From a virus (lineage: Duplodnaviria > Caudoviricetes): a stretch of DNA of 64,000 nucleotides. The notes below the pieces were generated by a model, which did no database searches, was not told the origin of the DNA, and saw only the letters and a program-made list of their open reading frames with translations. The position numbers and the translations under genes were made by a program. The DNA lies in IMG/VR virus record IMGVR_UViG_3300027804_000063, positions 10,186 through 74,185 of that record; one strand, written 5' to 3'. This document shows positions 1 through 9,898 of the stretch, one piece after another (positions within the stretch are counted from its first letter, which is position 1; each line of letters begins with the position of its first letter).

Positions 1-86
1 GCCACAGCATCCAAATACGACCCAAACACAGGAAACCCATACCACACCCACATACAACAAACACAACAGAAAACAGATAAACCTAA

Positions 87-401
87 ATGAAACAACAACA
101 CCACAAACCCCAAGACGATACACAAACAAAACGCTGGCAAACCCACGCAGCCTGCCGCGGAAAAACAAACCTCATGTTCCCCCAACACCACAAAGACATC
201 ACCTACATACTCCAAGCACGAGAAATATGCGCCCACTGCACCGTCAGACCACAATGCCTCAAAGAAGCCCTAGAATACCACCCAATAGACATGCACGGAG
301 TCTGGGCAGGCTTAACATCACGACAACTAGCCGCCGAACAAAAACGCCGAGGCATCAAACCAATCCGACCATCAATCAGCCAAATGTGGGATCTATCCTA
401 A
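87..401 (+). CDS. whiB: WhiB family Fe-S transcription factor
   Basis: Four Cys (AAC...CAHC...QC) and GVWAG turn motif. Confidence 0.93.
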   Translation: MKQQHHKPQDDTQTKRWQTHAACRGKTNLMFPQHHKDITYILQAREICAHCTVRPQCLKEALEYHPIDMHGVWAGLTSRQLAAEQKRRGIKPIRPSISQMWDLS

Positions 402-692
402 ACAAACCCCACACACATCACAAAAAACAGAACCCAAAACCTCAACAGGCTTCTTACCACAAGACGGCAAACCACAAGGCTCCAACCTACGCTCACCCCG
501 CAAATAAGCCACCACCCCCGACAAAGGCTCAACAGGATCCGAAACCTCCAACAAAGCCCGACCCTCACTATCACGCAAACCATTCACCAACAACAAACCC
601 ACAAGTTTCTGAAACGAAACACCCGAACCCTCAGCCAAATCCACCAAACCATTCTTCAACCACCCCGGCAAAGGAACAGTCACAAAAACCAT
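393..692 (-). CDS. Hypothetical protein, RHH-like N-terminus and C-terminal Cys cluster
   Basis: ORF MVFVTVPLPGWLK...CGLPSC...CDVCGVC; start chosen after a GGGG SD-like sequence. Confidence 0.55.
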   Translation of the reverse strand: MVFVTVPLPGWLKNGLVDLAEGSGVSFQKLVGLLLVNGLRDSEGRALLEVSDPVEPLSGVVAYLRGERRLEPCGLPSCGKKPVEVLGSVFCDVCGVCLG

Positions 693-717
693 ATCCCCAT
701 CCCGAGCACGCCTAGAC

Positions 718-903
718 CTAAACCCCAACAGAACCACCCCAATCCCGAACCACCAACATCCCCAAATACTCACCAATAGACAAATCAAAAGCATCCGCCT
801 GATCAACCATCAAATTCTTGATGTCTGCGTCTATTTTTATGGTTAGGGTTGTTTTTGTGTTTGGTTGTGCGCGGTGTGGTGGGCGTCCGTGTCGTTTTTT
901 CAT
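718..903 (-). CDS. Small ribbon-helix-helix-like DNA-binding protein
   Basis: TTLTIKIDADIKNLMVDQADAFDLSIGEYLGMLV fits the RHH pattern. Confidence 0.55.
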   Translation of the reverse strand: MKKRHGRPPHRAQPNTKTTLTIKIDADIKNLMVDQADAFDLSIGEYLGMLVVRDWGGSVGV

Positions 904-1017
904 TTTGGTTTGTCTCCGGCTGGTGGGTGTTTGGCATTTTTTCGTGCGAGGTATAGTCCGAGGAGGATTCCGTGTGAGAGTCCGATGATGATGCCGTGTA
1001 TGTATTGGGTCATTATG

Positions 1018-1446
1018 TTATTGCTTTGTTATATGTTGGTTGTATGTTTGTTTGAAGTGGTCTCTGTCTGCGCCTGTGGTGAGGTTGAGTCCGACTATTC
1101 GTATTACTTGTTGTAGTTTAACTGGGATTTGGGTGTCGGGTTGTGCTGTTCCTGAGTTGACGGTGTCTCGTATGTGGCAGTACAGGTTCCATGCTTGTGT
1201 GGCGGTTGGTTCTGCGTCTGGTTGGGTTTGTTGCCATTCTTCGTGGATCATGCCGGGTGTGGGGAGGAAGCGTTCTGTTCTGTTTAGTTTAACTAGGATG
1301 AGTTCTAGTTGTTTGTATGGGCAGTCTTGGAGGACAAGATCCCATGCTGTGTAGATGGTTTGTTTTTGTTTGGGGTCGTTGGGGAGTTCTTTGTTCCACA
1401 TAGAGTAGGCGAGGTTGACTAGTTCTGTGGATTGTTGTTGATCCAT
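1018..1446 (-). CDS. Replicative helicase loader/inhibitor, SPP1 G39P-like
   Basis: WDLVLQDCPY...RFLPTPGMI motif; directly downstream of a replisome-organizer-like gene. Confidence 0.6.
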   Translation of the reverse strand: MDQQQSTELVNLAYSMWNKELPNDPKQKQTIYTAWDLVLQDCPYKQLELILVKLNRTERFLPTPGMIHEEWQQTQPDAEPTATQAWNLYCHIRDTVNSGTAQPDTQIPVKLQQVIRIVGLNLTTGADRDHFKQTYNQHITKQ

Positions 1447-1868
1447 TATTCGCCTGCTTTGCGTCGTGGGCTGTTGATGAAATCTTGTTGGGCGTCGCGT
1501 TTCTCTGATCGTTGGATGAAGCCTTCTATTTTGTCGGCGTCTCGGAATATCAAATCTATACCGTTATATTTTTTTTGTTGCGGGTTGTCGCCCATATGGA
1601 ATGGGGAGGATGCACAGCCGTCTATGGCTTGGCAGGATGCTTCTATGCCGTAGTCGTGGATTGATGCGGCGATTTTGACTTTGCGTTCGTGGTCTAGGAC
1701 GGCACGGGTGGAGCCCATTGTTTTAACCCAGTAGTCCCATACGATTTTGACTGCTTCGTCGGAAATTTCTTTGGCTTTGGCGTTGCGTTGTTTTGTGGAG
1801 ATCCGTGGACGGGTTTGTTTAGGTTTATTTACGCCACCGTTCGGATTGGGAAACAGTTCTTCAACCAT
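1446..1868 (-). CDS. Phage replisome organizer-like C-terminal domain protein
   Basis: VWDYW...AIDGCASSPFHMGDN...YNGIDLIFRDADKIEGF resembles phage initiator C-termini; ORF is open to 1907. Confidence 0.55.
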   Translation of the reverse strand: MVEELFPNPNGGVNKPKQTRPRISTKQRNAKAKEISDEAVKIVWDYWVKTMGSTRAVLDHERKVKIAASIHDYGIEASCQAIDGCASSPFHMGDNPQQKKYNGIDLIFRDADKIEGFIQRSEKRDAQQDFINSPRRKAGE

Positions 1869-2421
1869 CGCAGACACTTTACATCCTTTTACTGAAAAGG
1901 TCAACATTGGAATCTATAAATATCTGGTCCGGCCGGACCGGACGTTGTGGCAGTAATCATCTGTGGTAGCCACGTTGATTTAACTAAAGAGGAAAAACCA
2001 CTAGTGGGTTTAAAACTTTGGAGAGTGTGAGAACCTTTACCAAATCTTTTTTGGCGGACGCGCAGCCGAAACAAGATCCGCGATTTTGGGTAGTCGCAGA
2101 TTAAGATTTGATTATTGATCGCGCGCGAAAGGTTGTATACGCCACCGTTGCAGTTGGGTCACGAACTGCTTTATTGCGCTTACTATTTCATTCGGCGCAG
2201 TCCCGATGTGGTTGTACAAGATAGCAGACGATCAGTCCCGCTACACGCACATTTAAAAGAAAAACCACTAGTAACGTTATATATCGTTATGTTGTGGTTT
2301 TTGTTGGTGTGCGGGGCTCCCGACCACAATATGTGGGGTAACGCTTATTGGGGGGCGGGACTTGCTAACCTTCCTTGTATCGGCGGGGCTTTGAAGACCC
2401 CCATCTAAAAAACTCGTCGTT

Positions 2422-2480
2422 GTAGTGGAGCGGGACTACGAACCCTTCTGTCGGGTTGGGTGTCGTAGCCCGCTCACTAC
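2422..2480. terminator. Long imperfect hairpin
   Basis: GTAGTGGAGCGGGACTACGA ... TCGTAGCCCGCTCACTAC inverted repeat. Confidence 0.55.
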
Positions 2481-2585
2481 TTAACCAACTTCAACACAGG
2501 TTTTCTGTAGGTCGGATGGTTACGCATTGAGCGTGACAGATCATTGTTTCCGCCACCGTTCAGTTTGGATAACTTCGGTTTGGTT

Positions 2586-2930
2586 TTAGAACGGTTCTTC
2601 TGTGCCATCTTCATCATCTTCTAGTTGATCTATCTTCTGTTGCCATTCCATCAAAATGTAAAACGCATCTGATCGTCGTTTAATTGCGTTACTGGTCATT
2701 ATCGGCCAGTCTTTGATTGGTGTTGCGAAACCTTCAAAGTGTTCTTGCATCCCTTCTTCAGTTCCACAGTCTGAACAGATCTCTATCGGTTTAGAGTGCT
2801 TGTCTCGTGTGAGACGCGATATTGCGCCCATGTATTGTTTGTGATGTTCGTTGGAGGGAATTAGCCCTTCACATCGTGGGCATACACCCATGTCTATTTG
2901 TTTTGAATGGATCTTGTTAAACGGTTTCAT
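2586..2930 (-). CDS. Hypothetical Zn-finger-like protein
   Basis: CPRC...CSDC pairs. Confidence 0.7.
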   Translation of the reverse strand: MKPFNKIHSKQIDMGVCPRCEGLIPSNEHHKQYMGAISRLTRDKHSKPIEICSDCGTEEGMQEHFEGFATPIKDWPIMTSNAIKRRSDAFYILMEWQQKIDQLEDDEDGTEEPF

Positions 2931-3075
2931 TATGTGTTCTTTCTTCTAGTGGTATATGTGGAGATTTTCTGTTTTCCCATCCGCAGATTTCTTCAAACCA
3001 TTCATCCATCCATGATGTGCGGGATGAATAGTTTACTTCTGTTATTGCCCACCCGCAGTATTTACAAGTTTTCAT
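2917..3075 (-). CDS. Small hypothetical protein (CKYC)
   Basis: ATG immediately after a repeat copy; overlaps the next gene. Confidence 0.5.
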   Translation of the reverse strand: MKTCKYCGWAITEVNYSSRTSWMDEWFEEICGWENRKSPHIPLEERTHNETV

Positions 3076-3092
3076 TTTATATACGCCACCGT

Positions 3093-3284
3093 TCAGTTTG
3101 GAATAGGGGTTTGTTTGAATGTCAGGTATCCGCCGTCGCAATCTGATGCGATTCCTGTTACCCAACATTCTTGTTCGTCGCCGACGATTGCGCGGATCTT
3201 CTGTATCGCGTTTGTCATTGCGTCGGTGTCGTATTCGCCGTCTACATCTGTTGTGACCATGACGGTGACTCTGTAGGTGGACAT
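3093..3284 (-). CDS. Hypothetical protein
   Basis: Coupled ORF; its stop codon lies inside a repeat copy. Confidence 0.65.
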   Translation of the reverse strand: MSTYRVTVMVTTDVDGEYDTDAMTNAIQKIRAIVGDEQECWVTGIASDCDGGYLTFKQTPIPN

Positions 3285-3607
3285 TATTGGTTGTTCTCCA
3301 AATACTGTTCAACCGCTTTCAGACCTTTGTTGAGGAGAAGGGAGATTGGGAGGAACGCTGATGCGTGCTTCCCGTAGGTGTCACCGTTCTTCTCAATAGA
3401 CTCTGCGATCAGTCGCTCTATGATGTCTTCGTTGAACGCGACACAAATGCTGTTATCGCCAATCCCATACACCAATGGTTCAAGTTCGTCCCTCTGAGGG
3501 AATACTTCTGGTGGTGCTGTCAAGAATGTGACGGTAGTTCCGTCTTCGTGTTGCATACGGATAAGAACATCTTTGTTGTCGTCGTCTGTAAACTCTGTGA
3601 AGTCCAT
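3284..3607 (-). CDS. Hypothetical protein
   Basis: Acidic ORF coupled to the next gene. Confidence 0.7.
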   Translation of the reverse strand: MDFTEFTDDDNKDVLIRMQHEDGTTVTFLTAPPEVFPQRDELEPLVYGIGDNSICVAFNEDIIERLIAESIEKNGDTYGKHASAFLPISLLLNKGLKAVEQYLENNQ

Positions 3608-3665
3608 TTTGTTTTCTTTCTGATGGCATATACGCCACCGTTCGGTTTGGATAAAGCCACTTCGT

Positions 3666-4190
3666 TTAGAAGTGGTAGTCCACGATCACAATCCACTGCT
3701 TGTCAGGATTGGTTTCTGCTCGTTTGTGAACCCACTCAGGGTTGGGTGTGTATTCCACTGTGTCGTAGAACATGGTGTCTGAGTCGTATTCCCTGTTGAG
3801 GACTTTCAACGCTCGTGTGATCTTGAAGACCGCGAGACTTTCCTTCAGGTATGTGTCACGCTGTTCTTCTGTGAGTCCACCTAAAGGTTGGTTGAAACTT
3901 CCGAAAGTGTATTTCGGGTTGGTGAGGATTTCGCTCAACGGAATATCTCCGTAAAGTTCAACCGCTTTCGTGATCGTTTCTTGTGTCCATCCGCACGCAA
4001 CCGTTATGAGTTCGTTGAATGCTTCAGGGTTGTCTTTGTAGTTTGTTGCGATCTTGCCGTCTTGCATACGCGAGTCGTCAGGGATTGAACACCAATCAGA
4101 CCATCCTTGCGCTTCCGCAAAATCAAGTGCTATGTGCTTTGCGTCGTCTTCGTTGTCTGCTTCTACTGCTAGTCGGTGATATGTGTGCAT
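3666..4190 (-). CDS. Hypothetical protein
   Basis: 174-aa ORF in a coupled run. Confidence 0.75.
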   Translation of the reverse strand: MHTYHRLAVEADNEDDAKHIALDFAEAQGWSDWCSIPDDSRMQDGKIATNYKDNPEAFNELITVACGWTQETITKAVELYGDIPLSEILTNPKYTFGSFNQPLGGLTEEQRDTYLKESLAVFKITRALKVLNREYDSDTMFYDTVEYTPNPEWVHKRAETNPDKQWIVIVDYHF

Positions 4191-4453
4191 TATTTGTTCT
4201 CCTTACTGAGATAAACGCGGTGTAGTGCTTCTTCCACGATTTCGTGGAGTTGTTCCCAAATGCCGTCCATGCCCTTGAAACTCATTGCTTCAAGTGCTTT
4301 CGCCCAATCTTCATCAGAGATGAGATATGGTTCTTCGCTCTCAAACATTGGTTCAGGTCGCTCAAAGTCTTCTTTGGTGAGAAACAACCCAAAGATGTCT
4401 TGATCGGGAAGTGTGTGTTCTTGTAGTTTGTTGCTGAAGTCGCGCGCTTTCAT
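4190..4453 (-). CDS. Hypothetical protein
   Basis: Overlapping stop/start coupling. Confidence 0.7.
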   Translation of the reverse strand: MKARDFSNKLQEHTLPDQDIFGLFLTKEDFERPEPMFESEEPYLISDEDWAKALEAMSFKGMDGIWEQLHEIVEEALHRVYLSKENK

Positions 4454-4887
4454 TAGATTGTCCTCCCCATGATGTCGCTTGCGTAGTTACGGATACCCGA
4501 AACAAGTTCCTCGCTGTAAACATTCCACAAATAGTCAGATGACAAAATGTATTGCCCCAACTCGTTCAGTTGGTCGTCTGTGAGTTCTTTTGCGAACTGA
4601 TATTCTTCGCTCCTGTAACCGCTATCAAGACGATCGTTGATTTCGTCACGCAACGCCTTCACGCTGAACGCGATTGAGTTCGCATAGGTGAGATCGTTGT
4701 CGGTGTATCGGTCTAAGTCCACGCCGTATTTCTCTCCGAGTTCACACGCGGTGCTGTCGTTGCCACCGTTGTTCCACTCCTCTAAGAGTGCTTTGCCTGC
4801 GTCGTCTAGGGTTTCGGTGTCTACGATCACCGTTCCTGCGAGGTCACAAACAGTGCCGTCGTGGGTGTTGATAAGAAACTTACCCAT
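4453..4887 (-). CDS. Hypothetical protein
   Basis: GGAG SD upstream; coupled run. Confidence 0.75.
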   Translation of the reverse strand: MGKFLINTHDGTVCDLAGTVIVDTETLDDAGKALLEEWNNGGNDSTACELGEKYGVDLDRYTDNDLTYANSIAFSVKALRDEINDRLDSGYRSEEYQFAKELTDDQLNELGQYILSSDYLWNVYSEELVSGIRNYASDIMGRTI

Positions 4888-4966
4888 ATTTTGTTACTCC
4901 ATTTCTAGTAGGTGTATTTATTGTAGCGGTTACAAAAATGTTTTGCAACCTAAAGCGGTTGGGTTT

Positions 4967-5323
4967 TTACACCCGAACCGCCCTACTAAGGATTTCTGCC
5001 TCAATCTCTTTTACAGGACGAGGACTCCAATGACAATCACGCTCAACCATAGGGATCGTGCCACCGAACCCACAGACTTGCTCTAGTTCTGAATACGAGA
5101 AGTATCCATACTCCATCTCAAAACCGTCCACGAGACCCCAAAAGGTGTCCTCGCCGTCAAACTCAACCGCATACCAAGTCCATTGGGAATACGGTGAGAA
5201 GAACTTGACCATTGCGATCGCTTCCTTCTCAGGGTGCTTCTCGCTGTTGTAAAGAGGAGGGAGTTTTTCCCTAATCTCTTGTGTCAAGAGTAGGTGCTTC
5301 CGTTTTGCTCTTTGTGTTTCCAT
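4967..5323 (-). CDS. DUF2958 family protein
   Basis: KFFSPYSQWTWYAVEFDGEDTFWGLVDGFEMEYGYFSYSELE. Confidence 0.8.
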   Translation of the reverse strand: METQRAKRKHLLLTQEIREKLPPLYNSEKHPEKEAIAMVKFFSPYSQWTWYAVEFDGEDTFWGLVDGFEMEYGYFSYSELEQVCGFGGTIPMVERDCHWSPRPVKEIEAEILSRAVRV

Positions 5324-5475
5324 CAGTTGATCTCCTTGTAGTCGCCGTTCCTGAGTTCCCTCAGGTTCGTGTAAATGATTACTTGTCCCTCGTTATCAAC
5401 ATCCATGTCACAAGTTGGGATAAGTTTTTCCAACTGCTTACGGAGTTTGTTCCCGTCAATCGTTTTCGTTTTCAT
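5323..5475 (-). CDS. Small hypothetical protein
   Basis: GAGGAG SD; coupled to the DUF2958 gene. Confidence 0.55.
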   Translation of the reverse strand: MKTKTIDGNKLRKQLEKLIPTCDMDVDNEGQVIIYTNLRELRNGDYKEIN

Positions 5476-5581
5476 TATTTTTGCTCCTCGCAATCGTGAC
5501 CATACCAATAGTCGTTTGCTTCATCCTCGTCACGCATATCAAATACGCGATCACATTCCTGACACTTCGCAACGGTTTTCA

Positions 5582-5917
5582 TTACGCCGTCTCAATCGTG
5601 TCTGTGTTTTGTTCAACGATCATTGCCCAAGTGGTCGCCCACCCTGCAACATCACGCAACCCAACGATCTCGCCTTCGGGTTCACGCTCTAACACATGAA
5701 GAAGTGTCGCCATGCGTGCGGTTGCGACAGAAAGAAGATCAAACTCCTCTTCCCACACATTCGCAACATAGTCGCCCCAAATCAACACAAACTTGTTGAA
5801 GTATTCGTCGTCGCGATCGGTTGTGACCACATAGACCTCCGCCGAGTCTGCTTGTAACTCAAACAGGATGTCCCCGAGTGGATACTTTTCAATGATCCCT
5901 TGCTTTAGTAATGACAT
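5582..5917 (-). CDS. Hypothetical protein
   Basis: AAGGAGA SD and own promoter at 5968-5985. Confidence 0.7.
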   Translation of the reverse strand: MSLLKQGIIEKYPLGDILFELQADSAEVYVVTTDRDDEYFNKFVLIWGDYVANVWEEEFDLLSVATARMATLLHVLEREPEGEIVGLRDVAGWATTWAMIVEQNTDTIETA

Positions 5918-5993
5918 TCTTTTCTCCTTGTTTAGTAGTTCTAGTTTCGGGTTTCCCCTCACCCATAAGAATAGGTGAGGGGTGTAACACGGT

Positions 5994-6350
5994 TTAGATG
6001 TCTTCGTCTTCTTGATCTTCGTCGTCTTCGTAGTCTTCCCAATCCGCGCCTTGTGGGATGAGATTTGTGAAACCGTCGTTCGGGTTTTCTTCGTTGGTTT
6101 CAACCGCGTGAACGAAACGCAAACTGCACGACTCGTTATACCACTTGACGATCATGTCATACATTTCTTGCGGTGTTCCCGTGAAGTTGCGATCATCACA
6201 ACTCACGCCGTTGTAGTTATCACGAAACCATTGCGCCTGACCTTCGTCCATTGCGACATAGATTTTGTGACAACCATCAAACGCGATCAGTTTCGCGGTT
6301 TCGGTTGCCTGTCTGACATCCTCAAACAGTTCGGTGAGTGTTGCATTCAT
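5994..6350 (-). CDS. Hypothetical protein with acidic tail
   Basis: AAGGAG SD and own promoter. Confidence 0.75.
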   Translation of the reverse strand: MNATLTELFEDVRQATETAKLIAFDGCHKIYVAMDEGQAQWFRDNYNGVSCDDRNFTGTPQEMYDMIVKWYNESCSLRFVHAVETNEENPNDGFTNLIPQGADWEDYEDDEDQEDEDI

Positions 6351-6430
6351 TTTCTGCTCCTTTGTTTAGTAGGTTTATTCGGGTGTTTGCCCTTCCCCCA
6401 TATTGTAGGGGAAGGGTGTAACACGGTTAT

Positions 6431-7066
6431 TTAGACGGACACTTCCTCGTCTTCCAACATTGCTTTGCATTGCGCTTCAATGCCGTCAAGGACATTCGTG
6501 ACACGCTCATATTGTGCGTCATAATCGTCTGCCTCAATCTCTGCGTCGCTCATTGACGGATATTCGCCCTCAATGTCTGCCACGACCACACCGTTGCGGA
6601 TCGCCACACCACCTAAGAACGCCATACCGCCCTCCTCGTAAGAGAGAACAAAGTCAAGTGTTGGGAACTGTTTGGACACATTGCGTATGCCCTCACAAAT
6701 CGGAGACCATGCGGTCATGAAAGTCATGTTCAGTTCGGTATCTGCGATCTGTCCGAACACACCGTCAAAGTCTGCCCACTTAGAACCGTAGTTCTTGCAG
6801 TTCCACTCATACCAATCGGGTGCGCCGAACTTTTCCATGTTCTTCTTGTTCATTGCTTCCATCTTGAGTTGCTTTTCTGAACCCTCACCATAGAAACCTT
6901 TTGGTGTTGCTGTCAGTTCCTCAGGTGTCGGGAACAAGTTGTCAAGAATACTGAACTGATTGTATTCCTTGCGTTCGTCCTCGTTCTTGATGATCGCTTC
7001 GTGGAAACGCTTGATCTCAGTCGCCTCCCCTGAAACGGTCAGGTTGTTAGTGCAATAGTTTGGCAT
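6431..7066 (-). CDS. DUF1281/YubB ferredoxin-like domain protein
   Basis: MPNYCTNNL...WYEWNCKNYGSKW...FMTAWSP...YEEGG. Confidence 0.8.
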   Translation of the reverse strand: MPNYCTNNLTVSGEATEIKRFHEAIIKNEDERKEYNQFSILDNLFPTPEELTATPKGFYGEGSEKQLKMEAMNKKNMEKFGAPDWYEWNCKNYGSKWADFDGVFGQIADTELNMTFMTAWSPICEGIRNVSKQFPTLDFVLSYEEGGMAFLGGVAIRNGVVVADIEGEYPSMSDAEIEADDYDAQYERVTNVLDGIEAQCKAMLEDEEVSV

Positions 7067-7461
7067 TACTTCTCCTTGTTTAGTTAGGTTTATTTGCTTG
7101 CCCCAACATTATGCATGATGGGTGTAACACAGTTATTTTTTAGTAGGTATTTTTTATTACTCTCACATTATATATCCGACAAAAACAAAAAGCAACTATT
7201 CCCCAAAACTATTTAGACCTAAATACGGAGCGATATTTAGAGCGAAATCTAGAGCGATCACTCAGCCCGACCAAATGCGATCCGTATTCAGGTTTATATG
7301 CGCCACCGTTCAGGTTAGATGCGAACAACCAACCATTGCTAACTAACAATCGTTGCAAACTAGTCCCGCATCAACAAAGCCCACCCCACAGCCCCGCCCC
7401 CCGCCGCAAGGCGCGGGACTAATGCTTGCGAACGGCTGTTCGCCCTACTACTATCGGGGCT

Positions 7462-7848
7462 ATGACAATCTCACGAACAGACAGATGGCAATACCGTTTC
7501 AATGCGCTCGTGCAATACACCAACAGAACAGGAACATCACTCGTTCCCGCGACACAGGTTGAAGTGTACGAAGGGAAGAATGTCGCGCTCGGCGCATGGG
7601 TCGCGTACAACCGTCAGCAGTATCGCGCAGGAGAACTACCGCTTGAGCGAAAGCAAGCGTTGGAGCAACTCGCAGGTTGGCATTGGGAGAAGCAGAAACC
7701 TGGCAGACGCTACGACATGACGCGAGACGCAGAGATCGCGAAGCGTTATCAGAGTGGTGAGCGCGTAGGAATGATCGCAGACAGTTTCAATCTGTCACGC
7801 CAACGGGTTCATCAAATCTTGAAAAAGGTTTCATCACCAAATGTCTGA
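7462..7848 (+). CDS. Helicase-associated (HA) domain plus C-terminal HTH protein
   Basis: WQYRFNALVQY...LGAWVAYNRQQY...ALEQLAGWHW, then RDAEI...FNLSRQRVHQIL. Confidence 0.75.
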   Translation: MTISRTDRWQYRFNALVQYTNRTGTSLVPATQVEVYEGKNVALGAWVAYNRQQYRAGELPLERKQALEQLAGWHWEKQKPGRRYDMTRDAEIAKRYQSGERVGMIADSFNLSRQRVHQILKKVSSPNV

Positions 7849-8185
7849 TTACGGTCATCAACACGACAAGCGCGATCATAACGCTTGGAAAAAGATGAGC
7901 GAATGGTCTCACAGCGTTCCTGATTACGAACTTGACGCATTGTGGGATGAAGACATTTGGAGCACAAATCTGCCACCTGTTGAGACGGGCGCACAGAAGT
8001 TTGGGAAGTTTCTTGTTGCGACACTCGGTCTCTTTATTGGTATCGCGCTCGTATCGGTTGTTTTCTATCAACTTGTTTTAGCGTTGGGTTTCACTGACAT
8101 CACTTTCCGTGAAGCGGTGATCGCAACTGTGTGTGTCGCGTTTATTCGTTACGCCGACGCAGGAGTGATGAAACAACTCCGATAA
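7841..8185 (+). CDS. Membrane protein
   Basis: Two hydrophobic segments; overlaps the upstream gene. Confidence 0.65.
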   Translation: MSDYGHQHDKRDHNAWKKMSEWSHSVPDYELDALWDEDIWSTNLPPVETGAQKFGKFLVATLGLFIGIALVSVVFYQLVLALGFTDITFREAVIATVCVAFIRYADAGVMKQLR

Positions 8186-8190
8186 ACACA

Positions 8191-8220
8191 TCAGGACGCA
8201 CCCTTGCGAGTGCGCCCTGA
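8191..8220. terminator. Hairpin between convergent genes
   Basis: TCAGGACGCAC...GTGCGCCCTGA. Confidence 0.55.
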
Positions 8221-8314
8221 GCGGAGAAGCGAAAGGTGAAAGGAGAAGTCCTTTCGTTCCTCTAGCGATACAGAATAACACATGAGTTATATGTCGTTCT
8301 GAAGCGATTAGGTT

Positions 8315-9808
8315 TTACCCCAATCGCTTTCCATTTAGTTTGAGATATGTTTCCTGCCAACATCTCGGATACCAACGGTTCGGTTTCTTGCCGACTGACA
8401 GTTGCTTCAACACCGCGAGACCGTCAGTGACATTGTGTGCCATAAACACTTTGTGCTTCAAGACTTCTTTTATGCAGTCCATTGCCAAGATGTCGTGGTA
8501 TCCACCGTATTGACCACCTGTGCCAAGACCGTGAACCTTGCCGTCAGTCACCCACACGATCGGTGTGGACGAACGCTTGCGTTGCTTCACTGCCCAACGG
8601 ATTGCTTCTCCGTCTACGCCGTTACCGCCGTTACGCTCGGGAAGTTTGTCAATCATTTTCCCGTTTTGTGCGAGAACGAGAAGGTTCGGTTTGACATTGT
8701 TTCGGTCTGCTGAATAAACCGCAACCGTGCAACCTGGACTTGCTTCCGTGATGTCAAGGATGTCTTTGTTAGTGAAAGACATTGAACCTGAACCGTCAAT
8801 CAGAACGATACCGCCGTTGCCTTTCTTGTATCGGTCAAACACACGCTTTTCGGGATCTGCGAGTGCGTTACCAATCCTGCGAGGGTTGCGACCCATGTTG
8901 CTCGCGACACGCTTGCGACCGAGACCGCCGTGCGCCTTGCGAGTGAGTGGGAGTGTTCCGACAATGAGTTTGCCCCAACTTGGAACAACACCATTGTTGC
9001 CCTTGCCGACTTCCGTAGGTCGTACCTTCTTTGGGTCTGCCTTTGGTTGTGCGTTGGTTGCGCCAACACCGCCCTTCCCGTCTTTCGTTGGGTCGTCCTT
9101 CTTTGGTTCGCCTTCGCCTTCCTTCTGACCGTTAGGTTCGTCCTGTTGCTCGTCCTCATCCTGTTGTGGTGGGTTCGCAAGACGATCTACCCACTCCGCA
9201 ATACGCTCGGTGTGAGAGAAACCGAAAGGTGCAAGACCGTGACGAGGGTCTACTTCGGTTGAACCGAGTGTTCCCGTCTTGAACGCCTTGACAAACTCTT
9301 TCTCAACCGCCTTGATGATCTCGCGCAATGTTTTCGCCCACGCAGGGTTCACACGCTTGACACCCGTGAGAAAATCTTTGCCACCACCACAGATTGAGTA
9401 ACCGACCGCGATATAAACCGCCTGTGTCCAATCACCTGCTTCTGCGATACGAACGCCTGACGCTTTCTCACTTCCGTCCGCGAGGAGATCAACATCAAAT
9501 CCTGCTTTCTTGATAAGAAAGTTCACGCGCACTTCCTCAACGACAGTCATTGCTTCCTCTGTCGCAATGCCACGCGCAATCCATTTCGGAAAATCATCCG
9601 CAGGTGAAAATCGTGCGTGTGCCATTTCGTGCGCACGGATAACTCGGTCAATCTGCTCGTCACCAACAGGAACAACCATGTGCTTCGTGACGACATTCGT
9701 CATTGGTTTGCCACGCACAGGTGCGCAAGTGTCTACGCGCCATACACCTGCGTCCTTATCTTTACGACCCAACATTTCGGGAAGTGGTCTGATTTCTACT
9801 TTCTGCAT
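8315..9808 (-). CDS. HExxH metallopeptidase-like plus vWA domain protein (MoxR partner)
   Basis: RAHEMAH; MIDAS motif DGSGS...VTDG; acidic linker. Confidence 0.8.
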   Translation of the reverse strand: MQKVEIRPLPEMLGRKDKDAGVWRVDTCAPVRGKPMTNVVTKHMVVPVGDEQIDRVIRAHEMAHARFSPADDFPKWIARGIATEEAMTVVEEVRVNFLIKKAGFDVDLLADGSEKASGVRIAEAGDWTQAVYIAVGYSICGGGKDFLTGVKRVNPAWAKTLREIIKAVEKEFVKAFKTGTLGSTEVDPRHGLAPFGFSHTERIAEWVDRLANPPQQDEDEQQDEPNGQKEGEGEPKKDDPTKDGKGGVGATNAQPKADPKKVRPTEVGKGNNGVVPSWGKLIVGTLPLTRKAHGGLGRKRVASNMGRNPRRIGNALADPEKRVFDRYKKGNGGIVLIDGSGSMSFTNKDILDITEASPGCTVAVYSADRNNVKPNLLVLAQNGKMIDKLPERNGGNGVDGEAIRWAVKQRKRSSTPIVWVTDGKVHGLGTGGQYGGYHDILAMDCIKEVLKHKVFMAHNVTDGLAVLKQLSVGKKPNRWYPRCWQETYLKLNGKRLG

Positions 9809-9898
9809 TTTTCCTTCTTTCGTTTCTAGGTTTATGTCTCTTGCTTAGGGAGACTTACTTACACCCCCCACTTTAGGTGAGGGGTGTAGTGGGGTTTA

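Noticed and set aside
227-715. 162-aa Pro/Thr/His/Lys-rich plus-strand ORF
   Set aside because: Artefact of the extreme A/C skew, which has few stop codons; the minus-strand gene is more credible
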